Source of the DNA: Eutreptiella sp. 'Long Island Sound 2002' | Lineage: Eukaryota > Protista > Euglenida | DNA length: 64,000 nt | Reading direction: 5' to 3' | Assembly (NCBI GenBank): GCA_964036045.1 | Contig: OZ038379.1 | Span: 16,492,001 to 16,556,000, forward strand | In this document: one piece after another, positions 1-13,800 of the stretch | Position numbering within the stretch: position 1 is the stretch's first letter | Layout of the letters: each line of letters starts with the position of its first letter | The notes under the pieces: model-generated | What the model was told of the DNA's origin: nothing | Seen by the model: only the letters and a program-made list of their open reading frames with translations | Databases searched by the model: none | Program-made: the position numbers and the translations under genes

Positions 1-2532
1 AGGCCCCTTCAGTTGGGGTTCGGTACTCACAATCCACGCTTTGTTGCGTGGCCCCTTGAGTTGGGGTTAGGGACTCACAATCCACGCTTTGTTGCGCGGA
101 CCCTTGAGTTGGGATTAGGGACTCACAATCCACGCTCTGTTGCGCGGACCCTTAAATTGGGGTTAGGGACTCACAATCCACGCTTTGTTGTGTGGCCCCT
201 TGAGTTGGGGTTAGGGGCTCACAATCCATGCCTTGTTGCGTGGCCCCTTGAGTTGGGGTTAGGGACTCACAATCCACGCTTTGATGAGGGGCCCCTTGAG
301 TCGGGGTTCCGGACCGACAATCCACGCTTTGTTGCGCGAACCCTTGAATTGGGGTTAGGGACTGACGATCCACGCTTTGATGCGGGGCTCCTTGATTTGG
401 GGTTAGGGACACACAATCGAAGCTTTGTTGCAAGGCCCCTTGAGTTGGGGTTAGGGACTCACAATCCACGCTTTGATGCGGGGCCCCTTGATTTGGGGCT
501 CGGGACTCACAATCCACGCTTTGTTGCGCAGACCCTTGATTGGGGGTTAGGGACTCCCAATTCACGCTTTGTTGTGTGGCCCCTTGAGTTGGGGTTAGGG
601 ACTGGCAATCCACGCTTTGTTGTGTGGCTTCTTGAGTTGGGGTTAGGGACACACAATCCAAGCTTTGTTGCAAGGCCCCTTGAGTTGGGGTTAGGGACTC
701 ACAATCCACGCTTTGATGCGCAGACCCTTGATTGGGGGTTAGGGACTCACAATCCACGCTTTGTTGTGTGGCCCCTTGAGTTGGGGTCAGGGACTCACAA
801 TCCATGCTTTGATGCGGGGCCCCTTGAGTTGGGGTTAGGGACTCACAATCCACGCTTTGATGCGGGGCCCCTTGATTTGGGGCTCGGGACTCACAATCCA
901 TGCTTTGTTGCGCAGACCCTTGATTGGGGGTTAGGGACTCCCAATCCACGCCTTGTTGCGCGGACCCTTGATTTGGGGTTCGGGACTCACAATCCACGCT
1001 TTGTTGTGTGGCCCCTTGAGTTGGGGTTAGGGACTGGCAATCCACGCTTTGTTGTGTGGCTTCTTGAGTTGGGGTTAGGGACACACAATCGAAGCTTTGA
1101 TGCGTGGCCCCTTGAGTTGGGGCTAGGGACTCGCAATCCACGCTTTGTTGCGCGGAGTCTTGAGTTGGGGTTAGGGACTCACAATCCACGCTCTGATGCG
1201 GGGCCCCTTGATTGGGGGTTAGGGACTCACAGTCCACGCTTTGTTGCGAGGCCCCTTCAGTTGGGGTTCGGTACTCACAATCCACGCTTTGTTGCGTGGC
1301 CCCTTGAGTTGGGGTTAGGGACTCACAATCCACGCTTTGTTGCGCGGACCCTTGAGTTGGGATTAGGGACTCACAATCCACGCTTTGTTGCGCGGACCCT
1401 TAAATTGGGGTTAGGGACTCACAATCCACGCTTTGTTGCGTGGCCCCTTGAGTTGGGGTTAGGGACTCACAATCCATGCCTTGTTGCGTGGCCCCTTGAG
1501 TTGGGGTTAGGGACTCACAATCCACGCTTTGATGAGGGGCCCCTTGAGTTGGGGTTCCGGACCGACAATCCACGCTTTGTTGCGCGAACCCTTGAATTGG
1601 GGTTAGGGACTGACGATCCACGCTTTGATGCGGGGCTCCTTGATTTGGGGTTAGGGACACACAATCCAAGCTTTGTTGCAAGGCCCCTTGAGTTGGGGTT
1701 AGGGACTCACAATCCGCGCTTTGATGCGGGGCCCCTTGATTTGGGGCTCGGGACTCACAATCCACGCTTTGTTGCGCAGACCCTTGATTGGGGGTTAGGG
1801 ACTCCCAATTCACGCTTTGTTGTGTGGCCCCTTGAGTTGGGGTTAGGGATTGGCAATCCACGCTTTGTTGTGTGGCCCCTTGAGTTGGGGTTAGGGACAC
1901 ACAATCGAAGCTTTGATGCGTGGCCCCTTGAGTTGGGGTTAGGGACTCACAATCCACGCTTTGTTGCGCGGACCCTTGAGTTGGGGTTAAGGACACACCG
2001 TCCACACTTTGTTGCGGGGCCCCCTGAGCTGGGGTTAGGGACTCACAATCCTCGCTTTGTGGCGTAGCCCCTTGAGTTGGGGTTAGGGACTGGCAATCCA
2101 CGCTTTCCTTTGTGGCCCCTTGAGTTGGGGTTAGGGACGGGCAATCCACGCTTTGTTGTGTGGTTTCTTGAATTGGGGTTAGGGACACACAATCCACCCT
2201 TTGGTGCCAGGCCCCTTGAGTTGGGGTTAGGGACTCACAGTCCACACTTTGTTGCGGGGCCCCTTGATCTGGGGTTAGGGACTCAAAATCCATTCTTTGT
2301 TGCGTGGCTTCTTACGTTGGGGTTAGGTACTCACAACCCATGCCTTGTTGTGTGGCCCCTTTAGTTGGAGTTAGGGACTCACAGTCCACGCTTTGTTGCG
2401 CGGACCCTTGAGTTGGTTTTATGTACTCGCAATCCACGCTTTGTTGCGCGGACCCTTGATTGGGGCTAGGGACGCGCAATCCACTCTTTGTTGCGCGGAC
2501 CCTTGAGTTGGGGTTAGGGACTCACAATCCAC
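1..2532 (+). repeat. 48-bp tandem satellite (~53 monomers, truncated by the window start) containing a telomere-like GGGGTTAGGG core
   Basis: Consensus CCCTTGAGTTGGGGTTAGGGACTCACAATCCACGCTTTGTTGCGTGGC repeats head to tail. The 16-aa periodic ORFs on both strands follow from the 48-bp period. The array ends at ...ctcacaatccac (2532). Confidence 0.97.
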
Positions 2533-4507
2533 ATGGTGCAGTTCTTGCTTGTTGAACATAAGCATTGGAGGCTCAACTCTGCTCTCCTGCGCGTTTCAAC
2601 TCCATGGTAGTCAGTCATGGCTCTTTGGACCGCAGCGAGGGAATGGGAATGAGTGAGGGATGTGCAATAGCCTATTGCAAAGGAGACATCGACCTCTGCA
2701 AAGTCGCCATTGGAGAATCAAGCAATCCTCAACAAAAGGCTTGTGACGGCCACAACGGCCGCAAAATCGTCCATTGCCTGCCGCCAGTTCTAGCAGACCT
2801 CTAGTGTCCTGGCAAGGTACAAACGTCTTCTCGACCAAGAACACCATTACTCTCCTCTAGTCTTCGTTCCGTCGCAAAACGTGTGTGCAACCGACAGTAG
2901 GATCTTCACTGCTTGGTACAAGGCGTACAGTTTGGTTAGCGCAATGAGATCTCAACGTTCCTGTGCACCGCACTCACAAGCCAAAGGGGCACCATATTCT
3001 CCATACCTCGGGGGCTGTCAAATGGCTAAATGATCCTCCTTCCGGAGTGCACCTCAGCATGACACTACACCATCGTTGCGAGGTTGTTGTTGGTAGGACG
3101 GGCGAGCCAGCGCCACACCGCATCTATGCCACGCTACGTCCGTCTATGCCAAGGTGTAATCATCATCTCTACCTTGTACCTCTTTCTCTTAGGGGTTTTT
3201 CGCCGATGCGTGAGTGCGAGCTAAATCAGCAAGCCCATTGTGGTTTGCCTGTTGTACATGGGCTATCTTCTTTGCTGGTCATGCATGGGGCCACCAGCCT
3301 GACAATGATGTTCGTTGAAGCATGATTTGGGCCTCACGGTGTTAGTGGTAGGTGCATGCTAGTAGCGGTGCCTGAGGTGCTCCAGGCCTTGCTGCCTTCC
3401 TTACGAGGTACGGCATTGCTTGTCCGCAGCAATTGGGCCCACAGCGCTACCAGCATCAACAACACCATTTGGGCCCATGGCACCTTCAGCGACAACGGCA
3501 CTTGTCGGACCAATAGCACCAACAGGAACACTGCTTTGTGCCCGCCTCAGCCCCGTCTCATTTGCCACATGAGTTCAAAGGGGCAGTTCGGGGCGCAACA
3601 AGGCAATGTTTCCCAATGTGCTTATGTTTCCACCGCGCATTTGGCCCATCACGGGTGCTTGAACCGACAAGGATTTCTTAGTTTTGCCCTCTCTTCCGTG
3701 AGCTTGGCGAAAAGCAATGGTGTACCTATTACCAAGCAAAGGCCATGACCAGTCCACGTGTTTGCCACAACGTGACCACCGTGCCACCCCGAGTGCTCGC
3801 TACAGTCATGCTGCATCTTGCTCTTGTGGACCCTATTGTACAATGTATGACCAACATCTTCCGAAATTTGGAAAGTTTGTGTTTGTGTTCATCCATTTGC
3901 ACAAGATCGGGCTGCCCTAGAACATGGCACAAATTGTGGCGGATTTTTCCGCCCCCAATGGTGGAATTTTGAGGTATGCCAACGGTAACACCCTTCGCAA
4001 TCTATTCTTGGTAGTATGGGGCCTCCCCCTTCATGCTAGTTTGGGGAATGCGAGCATGAGGTACATGGTTCAATTGTGGCTTAGTGTGGTCAAATTGGCT
4101 ATTGGAACCCCCCATGAACCCTATTTCACCCTTGAGCCCCAAGGTACCACCTTCTATGTACCAAGCGTCCTAGCTAAACACGGGGTCTTAATTTGTTTAT
4201 ACACTCACCCCTTGCCGTGCAACATCATGCAAGTAAGGGCATTGTACAACCAAAACCCCTAGATGGCAAGGTCATGTAGGCCCCAGGCTCACACCGCTTT
4301 CCGACCATCTGTCATCCTGCTTTGTGACACAAATATGTTTAACATATAGGCTAGGACCCCCCGACCGCCTCCCTTTCTACGAGAATGGTTGGGCGTCCCC
4401 TTGGGCATGAGTCAAAACATTGAACCCATCGCTATGTTGGTAAGTGATGCATCGCGGAGATATTGGCATGTTGCATCCTGGTCTTTGGGGGACCACAACT
4501 TTGAAGT

Positions 4508-4541
4508 TGTGTGTGTGTGTGTGTCTGTGTGTCTGTGTGTG
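4508..4541. repeat. (GT)n microsatellite, interrupted
   Basis: Run of gt dinucleotides with two ct interruptions. Confidence 0.9.
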
Positions 4542-7500
4542 CATCGTGTATTGGGCCTTGCCCCTACATGTGTCATGTTGTTCCATACTCTGTTTGTCAA
4601 GGGCTCCAAGGGGCGGTCCTCCTTGCAAACGTTTTGCCATCCCGCACATTGCCCCAACCAGTGTGCGCCGAAACCTAAAACACAATCAATGCAGTCACTG
4701 CACAACGATGGGTGTAGGCACCTAGGAAAGCATTCGCCGCAGTGCGTCGCGATTAGACACTGTTGGGCTACATTCAAAGGGTAGTTGTAAATGCCTCCAC
4801 CATCTCCTTCAATGTTTTTTAGTAGACAGGCCTACAAAGAGATGAGAGCAGATCCCACAGAACTAGAATTTGATGGCCGGCCCTCGCTACATTTGCGGGA
4901 GGAAGCGAAACCAGATTTGCCTGCTTGCAGTGCCATGTGGCATGCTACCCCCACTGTGACTAGCACAACCCCTGCGCCACCGCACCCGCAGCGCACAATA
5001 ATGACTAAGAAGAGATCCATGGTGTGGGGGGATCGTTGGCGCCCTGCGGAGGCCAATGTGGCGGTATGTGCGCCGACACACAGGGAATGCGGCGGCAGAC
5101 AAGACACGTGCTCATAAGTTTCAAACCTTGCCCGGATTGTTTCAAAGGCAACAACACTTGGGTGGGAGAGCGCAGCAATCTTAGTTAACTCCTGCATGTT
5201 CCGATGCCATCCGTTGCCCCTTTGTTGCAAGTTTCTGAGACTCCCCCTATACCGGGGGATGATCCCCACTTTCCATGAGATGAAGTTGTAGTACTCCTTG
5301 GGGCACCCGATGCATCTCAATCATGCCATGCGCCTTGTCATGGCTTTAACTTGCCTGATATGCCTCCCACTACCTCTTCACTATCCCGTTTAGTTGCATG
5401 CTCACAAATATTGACAGCTACATGGTCGCCAGATGCATTGGCATTTTCGATCATACATGTTGTGTTTCAAGTGGAACCAATGTTCCGAATGGGGGGTTGA
5501 TTGCCATCCATAAGACCCATGCAGCCAACTACGCCCCAACCAAGAGCCAACCCTAAGCTCAACACCCCGCTCCAATATCTAGGTTTTGAGTCTCCCGTGC
5601 AACGGTGCGAGGCTGCCCGTATGCTAATTTCTCTAAATCGAGAGGATGCAAAAGAACGTCCTACCTACGAAGGAGCGCTTAATGTTGTTTGACCACATGC
5701 TCACTTGGATGCGCACTTATGATTTGCCACGCTTGGAAGCCATAATGCGCGAAACACATGAATGGGGATGGGGCCTGACAAGGGTTGCACCACTCTTGCA
5801 AGACAATTGGCGGGCCAACCGCATGCATTTCAATGTGGATGCAAGGTGTTTGGCAATCTTGTTCTATCAATTTGGGCGGTCCAGCAGGTCTAAGTGCCTG
5901 GAGTGCCGAAAATGTAGTGCCTTGACTCTACCATAGCAATAGGTGGACTCACTGAGGTCACTTCCCTGTCTTTGACTCCTTCTCCATCCAAGGCCCTAAC
6001 ACTCAATTTCAACCTTTGGAATGGGCCCCCATTTGTGTTCATACCGATGGAATGTCTAGTGTGAAGGAACTGATTGCTAGTCCCCACGAAACCTAGGAGG
6101 GTTGTTGTGACACTGCTCCACGTACCATCCCTTCTACATGCCTAGAGGAATTGGTAGAACCTCTAACAAACATTCGCAAAGGTGAATGGCATGTGGCTGG
6201 CTGTGCCAAAGTGACGTCGGTAAGTCAGCATGCACGGACATCGCACAGTTGTGTTGCTGCCCAAGGAGAGTCCGGCAACCACCATATATAGTTCTGCTTA
6301 CTCATCAAGGGAGGCTATTTTTTTTTCATCGTGGCCTTTTCTGGTGCCCTTCTTTGCGGGTGGCTTAACCCCCCCCCCCCCTTCTTAGGTTTATCCGTAG
6401 AAAGTGTTCCAATTAGCCACCCCTGGTCTTAGGTCCTCGTTCCTGGGTGGATCCGTAGAAAGTGTTCCCAGTACCCACTATTGGTTTTAGGCTCTCCCCT
6501 TCCCTACCCCCATGATTGCTATCGCAAGGTGCTTGATGGCCACGACCGGCATCACGGTCCATGGGATCGGCTTGCACAAGGTTCTTCTGGGACTGTTACT
6601 TTTCGCCACCCCTAATCCCCCCCCCCACGTCAAGAACATTTCTTGGGCTTTGTGGGTATGTGCCCAACACAATGTTGAGATCAAGCCATGCATCTCGCAA
6701 CGTACAATCACTGCTTTCTTTGAAATAGAATTTCGATTTGGAGCCTTTCGGGTGCCCAAATCCGCCTATGCCTTGCTGAGTACCTGCTTTCCGGGACCCT
6801 AACCCGTAGTGCTGCCAAGATGTGATGATGGACCCAATGGTGACTTCCTTGCAAACAAGTCTAGCGGCCGCTCCTTGATTCCGATCGCATGGCTTTTTCA
6901 AGAATGGTGAGTGGGCATTGTCCCGGGGATAAGAGGTGCAACGAAAGTTTCCTCATACCCAAGGTTGGTCATCCATATCGCAACAACGTGTTGACATAGA
7001 CATAGCGTTATACCATCCAAACCCAAATATTGCGGCTCATCGCCCGCTAGTCTCGTGCCGGGACGAGAAGGCCGCCAAAGGCCACCACACGCTTGGGGAT
7101 TGGGATGCGCGGGGGCATGTGCAAAGTCCTGCCGGTCGCACCCATTGGTGGCGGTGGCGCATGTTGGTCCATGCGCTTTTCCCCTTTTGGTCTTGCCGTC
7201 GGTTTCTGTGAGCAATGGACAAAGATGGCCATCTTTTGTGCACAGTGCATGCAAAATTACACACAGAAGAATGGCACAGCAGGTGTCGCGGTTGAAAGCT
7301 GGCAACTGAAACATTACATATGAAATATACGAGTGCAAAAATCACAAATAAATATGGCATATAACACCTACTTAAAATTGTCAGTCAAATGTTGCACATT
7401 TGCTGCAATCCTCTCAATGCCGATGGGCGCTTGATGCGCCTTCTTAGTCCACCGTGGCATCTCTTTGTACAAAAAGCATCTACTCATGGCTCATTGCCAC

Positions 7501-7830
7501 ATGCCGGGGTGTTGTGATCCCATAGTCACATCCCTTGGTGCAACTATGAACACTCAACCCCTATGGGCACATGGCCTCCATCACTTGTGGTGTGTCGTTT
7601 TCCAACCAAACAAAATACACAAAAGAGGGATTTTGGGTGAATTTCCAGGCAATGCGGCTACATTTCAGGGCTCTCACATTGTGCTATGTGTCAAACATAT
7701 TGTAGAGAAGGTTGTGCATGTTTGCCGTTTCTCTCCTGATGTCGGCTCCAACGCAGGCACGCACCTTCTTTTTTGTGATTACAACATTGAGCAAGAGCTT
7801 TTAGCCACTCTCCCGCGGTCCGGCAGCTCT

Positions 7831-10800
7831 GCCTACAACAAGCGGGAGAAAGTTGCACGCGTAACAACAAAACAACAACAAAAAAAAGAGGGGGCCTCCT
7901 TCAGTAATGTGATTGCCTGGGCTTTGCCTGTCTCCAGCGCCGAAATCTAGAGGTAGTGAGGTGACTTGTTTCATCAACAAACAAAGAGGGGGCCTCCTTC
8001 AGTACTGTGATTGTCTGGGCTTTACCTGTCTTCAGCGCCAGAGACAGAGGTAGCATGATGACTGGCATGGGCAGTTGTCAATGGAACACATCCGCACTGA
8101 GAACCGTTTCCACACCAATGTCCCCATTCGCCACCGAGCCCAAGGGTGGTGGGGGCACCGTGCAATGCCTACAACAAGCGGGAGAAAGTTGCACGCGTAA
8201 CAACAAAACAACAACAAAAAAAAGAGGGGGCCTCCTTCAGTACTGTGATTGCCTGGGCTTTGCCTGTCTTCAGCGCCGAAATCCAGAGGTAGAGAGGTGA
8301 CTTATTTCATCAACAAACACAGAGGGGGCCTCCTTCAGTAATGTGATTGCCTGGGCTTTGCCTGTCTTCAGCGCCGGAGCCAGAGGTAGTATGTTGACTC
8401 AATTCAACAACAAACAAAAAGGGGGCCTTCTTCAGTACTGTGATTGCTATGGCTTACCCTGTCTTCAGCGCCGAAATTCAGAGGTGGAGAGGTGACTTAT
8501 TTCATCAACAAATAAAAAGGGGCCCTCCTTGAGTAATGTGATTGCCTAGGCTTTGCCTGTCTTCAGCGCCAGTGCCAGAGGTAGAGAGGTGACTCAATTC
8601 AACAACAAACAAAGAGGGCCTCCTTCAGTACTGTAATTGTCTGGGCTTTGCCTGTCTTCAGCGCCGGGGCTAGCCGTAGTATGTGGACTCAATTCAACAA
8701 CAAACAAAGAGGGGGCCTCCTTCAGTACTGTGATTGCCTGGGCTTTACCTGTCTTCAGCGCCAGAGACAGAGGTAGCATGATGACTGGCATGGGCAGTTG
8801 TCAATGGAACACATCCGCACTGAGAACCGTTTCCACACCAATGTCCCCATTCGCCACCGAGCCCAAGGGTGGTGGGGGCACGGTGCAATGCCTACAACAA
8901 GCGGGAGAAAGTTGCACGCGTAACAACAAAACAACAACAAAAAAAAGAGGGGGCCTCCTTCAGTACTGTGATTGCCTGGGCTTTGCCTGTCTTCAGCGCC
9001 GAAATCCAGAGGTAGAGAGGTGACTTATTTCATCAACAAACAAAGTGGGGGCCTCCTTCAGTACTGTGATTGCCTGGGCTTTACCTGTCTTCAGCGCCAG
9101 AGACAGAGGTAGCATGATGACTGGCATGGGCAGTTGTCAATGGAACACATCCGCACTGAGAACCGTTTCCACACCAATGTCCCCATTCGCCACCGAGCCC
9201 AAGGGTGGTGGGGGCATGGTGCAATGCCTACAACAAGCGGGAGAAAGTTGCACGCGTAACAACAAAACAACAACAAAAAAAAGAGGGGGCCTCCTTCAGT
9301 AATGTGATTGCCTGGGCTTTGCCTGTCTTCAGCGCCGGAGCCAGAGGTAGTATGTTGACTCAATTCAACAACAAACAAACAGGGGGCCTCCTTCAGCACT
9401 GTGATTGTCTGGGCTTTACCTGTCTTCAGCGCCAGAGACAGAGGTAGCATGATGACTGGCATGGGCAGTTGTCAATGGAACACATCCGCACTGAGAACCG
9501 TTTCCACACCAATGTCCCCATTCGCCACCGAGCCCAAGGGTGGTGGGGGCACGGTGCAATGCCTACAACAAGCGGTAGAAAGTTGCACGCGTAACAACAA
9601 AACAACAACAAAAAAAAGAGGGGGCCTCCTTCAGTAATGTAATTGTCTGGGCTTTGCCTGTCTTCAGCGCCGAAATCCAGAGGTAGAGAGGTGACTTATT
9701 TCATCAACAAACAAAGAGGGGGCCTCCTTCAGTACTGTGATTGCCTGGGCTTTACCTGTCTTCAGCGCCAGAGACAGAGGTAGCATGATGACTGGCATGG
9801 GCAGTTGTCAATGGAACACATCCGCACTGAGAACCGTTTCCACACCAATGTCCCCATTCGCCACCGAGCCCAAGGGTGGTGGGGGCATGGTGCAATGCCT
9901 ACAACAAGCGGGAGAAAGTTGCACGCGTAACAACAAAACAACAACAAAAAAAAGAGGGGGCCTCCTTCAGTAATGTGATTGCCTGGGCTTTGCCTGTCTT
10001 CAGCGCCGGAGCCAGAGGTAGTATGTTGACTCAATTCAACAACAAACAAAGAGGGGGCCTCCTTCAGTACTGTGATTGCTATGGCTTACCCTGTCTTCAG
10101 CGCCGAAATCCAGAGGTGGAGAGGTGACTTATTTCATCAACAAACAAAAAGGGGCCCTCCTTGAGTAATGTGATTGCCTAGGCTTTGCCTGTCTTCAGCG
10201 CCAGTGCCAGAGGTAGAGAGGTGACTCAATTCAACAACAAACAAAGAGGGCCTCCTTCAGTACTGTAATTGTCTGGGCTTTGCCTGTCTTCAGCGCCGGG
10301 GCTAGCCGTAGTATGTGGACTCAATTCAACAACAAACAAAGAGGGGGCCTCCTTCAGTACTGTGATTGCCTGGGCTTTACCTGTCTTCAGCGCCAGAGAC
10401 AGAGGTAGCATGATGACTGGCATGGGCAGTTGTCAATGGAACACATCCGCACTGAGAACCGTTTCCACACCAATGTCCCCATTCGCCACCGAGCCCAAGG
10501 GTGGTGGGGGCACGGTGCAATGCCTACAACAAGCGGGAGAAAGTTGCACGCGTAACAACAAAACAACAACAAAAAAAAGAGGGGGCCTCCTTCAGTACTG
10601 TGATTGCCTGGGCTTTGCCTGTCTTCAGCGCCGAAATCCAGAGGTAGAGAGGTGACTTATTTCATCAACAAACAAAGAGGGGGCCTCCTTCAGTACTGTG
10701 ATTGCCTGGGCTTTACCTGTCTTCAGCGCCAGAGACAGAGGTAGCATGATGACTGGCATGGGCAGTTGTCAATGGAACACATCCGCACTGAGAACCGTTT

Positions 10801-13800
10801 CCACACCAATGTCCCCATTCGCCACCGAGCCCAAGGGTGGTGGGGGCACCGTGCAATGCCTACAACAAGCGGGAGAAAGTTGCACGCGTAACAACAAAAC
10901 AACAACCAAAAAAAGAGGGGGCCTCCTTCAGTAATGTGATTGCCTGGGCTTTGCCTGTCTTCAGCGCCGAAATCCAGAGGTAGAGAGGTGACTTATTTCA
11001 TCAACAAACAAAGTGGGGGCCTCCTTCAGTACTGTGATTGCCTGGGCTTTACCTGTCTTCAGCGCCAGAGACAGAGGTAGCATGATGACTGGCATGGGCA
11101 GTTGTCAATGGAACACATCCGCACTGAGAACCGTTTCCACACCAATGTCCCCATTCGCCACCGAGCCCAAGGGTGGTGGGGGCATGGTGCAATGCCTACA
11201 ACAAGCGGGAGAAAGTTGCACGCGTAACAACAAAACAACAACAAAAAAAAGAGGGGGCCTCCTTCAGTAATGTGATTGCCTGGGCTTTGCCTGTCTTCAG
11301 CGCCGGAGCCAGAGGTAGTATGTTGACTCAATTCAACAACAAACAAAGAGGGGGCCTCCTTCAGTAATGTGATTGTCTGGGCTTTACCTGTCTTCAGCGC
11401 CAGAGACAGAGGTAGCATGATGACTGGCATGGGCAGTTGTCAATGGAACACATCCGCACTGAGAACCGTTTCCACACCAATGTCCCCATTCGCCACCGAG
11501 CCCAAGGGTGGTGGGGGCACGGTGCAATGCCTACAACAAGCGGTAGAAAGTTGCACGCGTAACAACAAAACAACAACAAAAAAAAGAGGGGGCCTCCTTC
11601 AGTAATGTGATTGCTTGGGCTTTGCCTGTCTTCAGCGCCGAAATCCAGAGGTAGAGAGGTGACTTATTTCATCAACAAACAAAGTGGGGGCCTCCTTCAG
11701 TACTGTGATTGCCTGGGCTTTACCTGTCTTCAGCGCCAGAGACAGAGGTAGCATGATGACTGGCATGGGCAGTTGTCAATGGAACACATCCGCACTGAGA
11801 ACCGTTTCCACACCAATGTCCCCATTCGCCACCGAGCCCAAGGGTGGTGGGGGCATGGTGCAATGCCTACAACAAGCGGGAGAAAGTTGCACGCGTAACA
11901 ACAAAACAACAACAAAAAAAAGAGGGGGCCTCCTTCAGTAATGTGATTGCCTGGGCTTTGCCTGTCTTCAGCGCCGGAGCCAGAGGTAGTATGTTGACTC
12001 AATTCAACAACAAACAAAGAGGGGGCCTCCTTCAGTACTGTGATTGCTATGGCTTACCCTGTCTTCAGCGCCGAAATCCAGAGGTGGAGAGGTGACTTAT
12101 TTCATCAACAAATAAAAAGGGGCCCTCCTTGAGTAATGTGATTGCCTAGGCTTTGCCTGTCTTCAGCGCCAGTGCCAAAGGTAGAGAGGTGACTCAATTC
12201 AACAACAAACAAAGAGGGCCTCCTTCAGTACTGTAATTGTCTGGGCTTTGCCTGTCTTCAGCGCCGGGGCTAGCCGTAGTATGTGGACTCAATTCAACAA
12301 CAAACAAAGAAGGGGCCTCCTTCAGTACTATGATTGCCTGGGCTTTACCTGTCTTCAGCGCCAGAGACAGAGGTAGCATGATGACTGGCATGGGCAGTTG
12401 TCAATGGAACACATCCGCACTGAGAACCGTTTCCACACCAATGTCCCCATTCGCCACCGAGCCCAAGGGTGGTGGGGGCACGGTGCAATGCCTACAACAA
12501 GCGGTAGAAAGTTGCACGCGTAACAACAAAACAACAACAAAAAAAAGAGGGGGCCTCCTTCAGTAATGTGATTGCCTGGGCTTTGCCTGTCTTCAGCGCC
12601 GAAATCCAGAGGTAGAGAGGTGACTTATTTCATCAACAAACAAAGAGGGGGCCTCCTTCAGTACTGTGATTGTCTGGGCTTTACCTGTCTTCAGCGCCAG
12701 AGACAGAGGTAGCATGATGACTGGCATGGGCAGTTGTCAATGGAACACATCCGCACTGAGAACCGTTTCCACACCAATGTCCCCATTCGCCACCGAGCCC
12801 AAGGGTGGTGGGGACATGGTGCAAAGCCTACAACAAGCGGGAGAAAGTTGCACGCGTAACAACAAAACAACAACAAAAAAAAGAGGGGGCCTCCTTCAGT
12901 AATGTGATTGCCTGGGCTTTGCCTGTCTTCAGCGCCGGAGCCAGAGGTAGTATGTTGACTCAATTCAACAACAAACAAACAGGGGGCCTCCTTCAGCACT
13001 GTGATTGTCTGGGCTTTACCTGTCTTCAGCGCCAGAGACAGAGGTAGCATGATGACTGGCATGGGCAGTTGTCAATGGAACACATCCGCACTGAGAACCG
13101 TTTCCACACCAATGTCCCCATTCGCCACCGAGCCCAAGGGTGGTGGGGGCACGGTGCAATGCCTACAACAAGCGGTAGAAAGTTGCACGCGTAACAACAA
13201 AACAACAACAAAAAAAAGAGGGGGCCTCCTTCAGTAATGTGATTGCCTGGGCTTTGCCTGTCTTCAGCGCCGAAATCCAGAGGTAGAGAGGTGACTTATT
13301 TCATCAACAAACAAAGTGGGGGCCTCCTTCAGTACTGTGATTGCCTGGGCTTTACCTGTCTTCAGCGCCAGAGACAGAGGTAGCATGATGACTGGCATGG
13401 GCAGTTGTCAATGGAACACATCCGCACTGAGAACCGTTTCCACACCAATGTCCCCATTCGCCACCGAGCCCAAGGGTGGTGGGGGCATGGTGCAATGCCT
13501 ACAACAAGCGGGAGAAAGTTGCACGCGTAACAACAAAACAACAACAAAAAAAAGAGGGGGCCTCCTTCAGTAATGTGATTGCCTGGGCTTTGCCTGTCTT
13601 CAGCGCCGGAGCCAGAGGTAGTATGTTGACTCAATTCAACAACAAACAAAGAGGGGGCCTCCTTCAGTACTGTGATTGCTATGGCTTACCCTGTCTTCAG
13701 CGCCGAAATCCAGAGGTGGAGAGGTGACTTATTTCATCAACAAATAAAAAGGGGCCCTCCTTGAGTAATGTGATTGCCTAGGCTTTGCCTGTCTTCAGCG

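Noticed and set aside
13-2364. 684-aa and 409/297-aa ORFs in the 48-bp satellite
   Set aside because: The period is a multiple of 3 and the consensus lacks stops in these frames on both strands. There is no unique N- or C-terminal domain, and variants are non-synonymous.
4791-6130. Protein-like fragments (e.g. FDHMLTWMRTYDLPRLEAIM...KCLECRKC)
   Set aside because: Possibly a decayed element, but no family motif could be recognised, so no feature is claimed.
6487-6901. RNVLDVGGG (SAM motif I look-alike) and PLDLFA (DIRS RNase H look-alike) on the minus strand; RTFLGLCGY (RT thumb look-alike) on the plus strand
   Set aside because: These are isolated short matches in different frames. GGG comes from a poly-C run, stops lie nearby, and no supporting motifs occur at the expected spacing.
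8054-8160. Plus-strand C/D snoRNA in the long unit (ATGATGA...CTGA...CCGA)
   Set aside because: ATGATGA lies in the part homologous to ATGTTGA/ATGACGA of sister monomers and straddles the chimera junction. The terminal box is imperfect.
8240-8275. Hammerhead ribozyme in the satellite core (minus strand CTGAAGA followed by a GGC-AAA-GCC hairpin)
   Set aside because: The required GAAA after stem II is GCAA, and no stems I/III with an NUH site can be formed.
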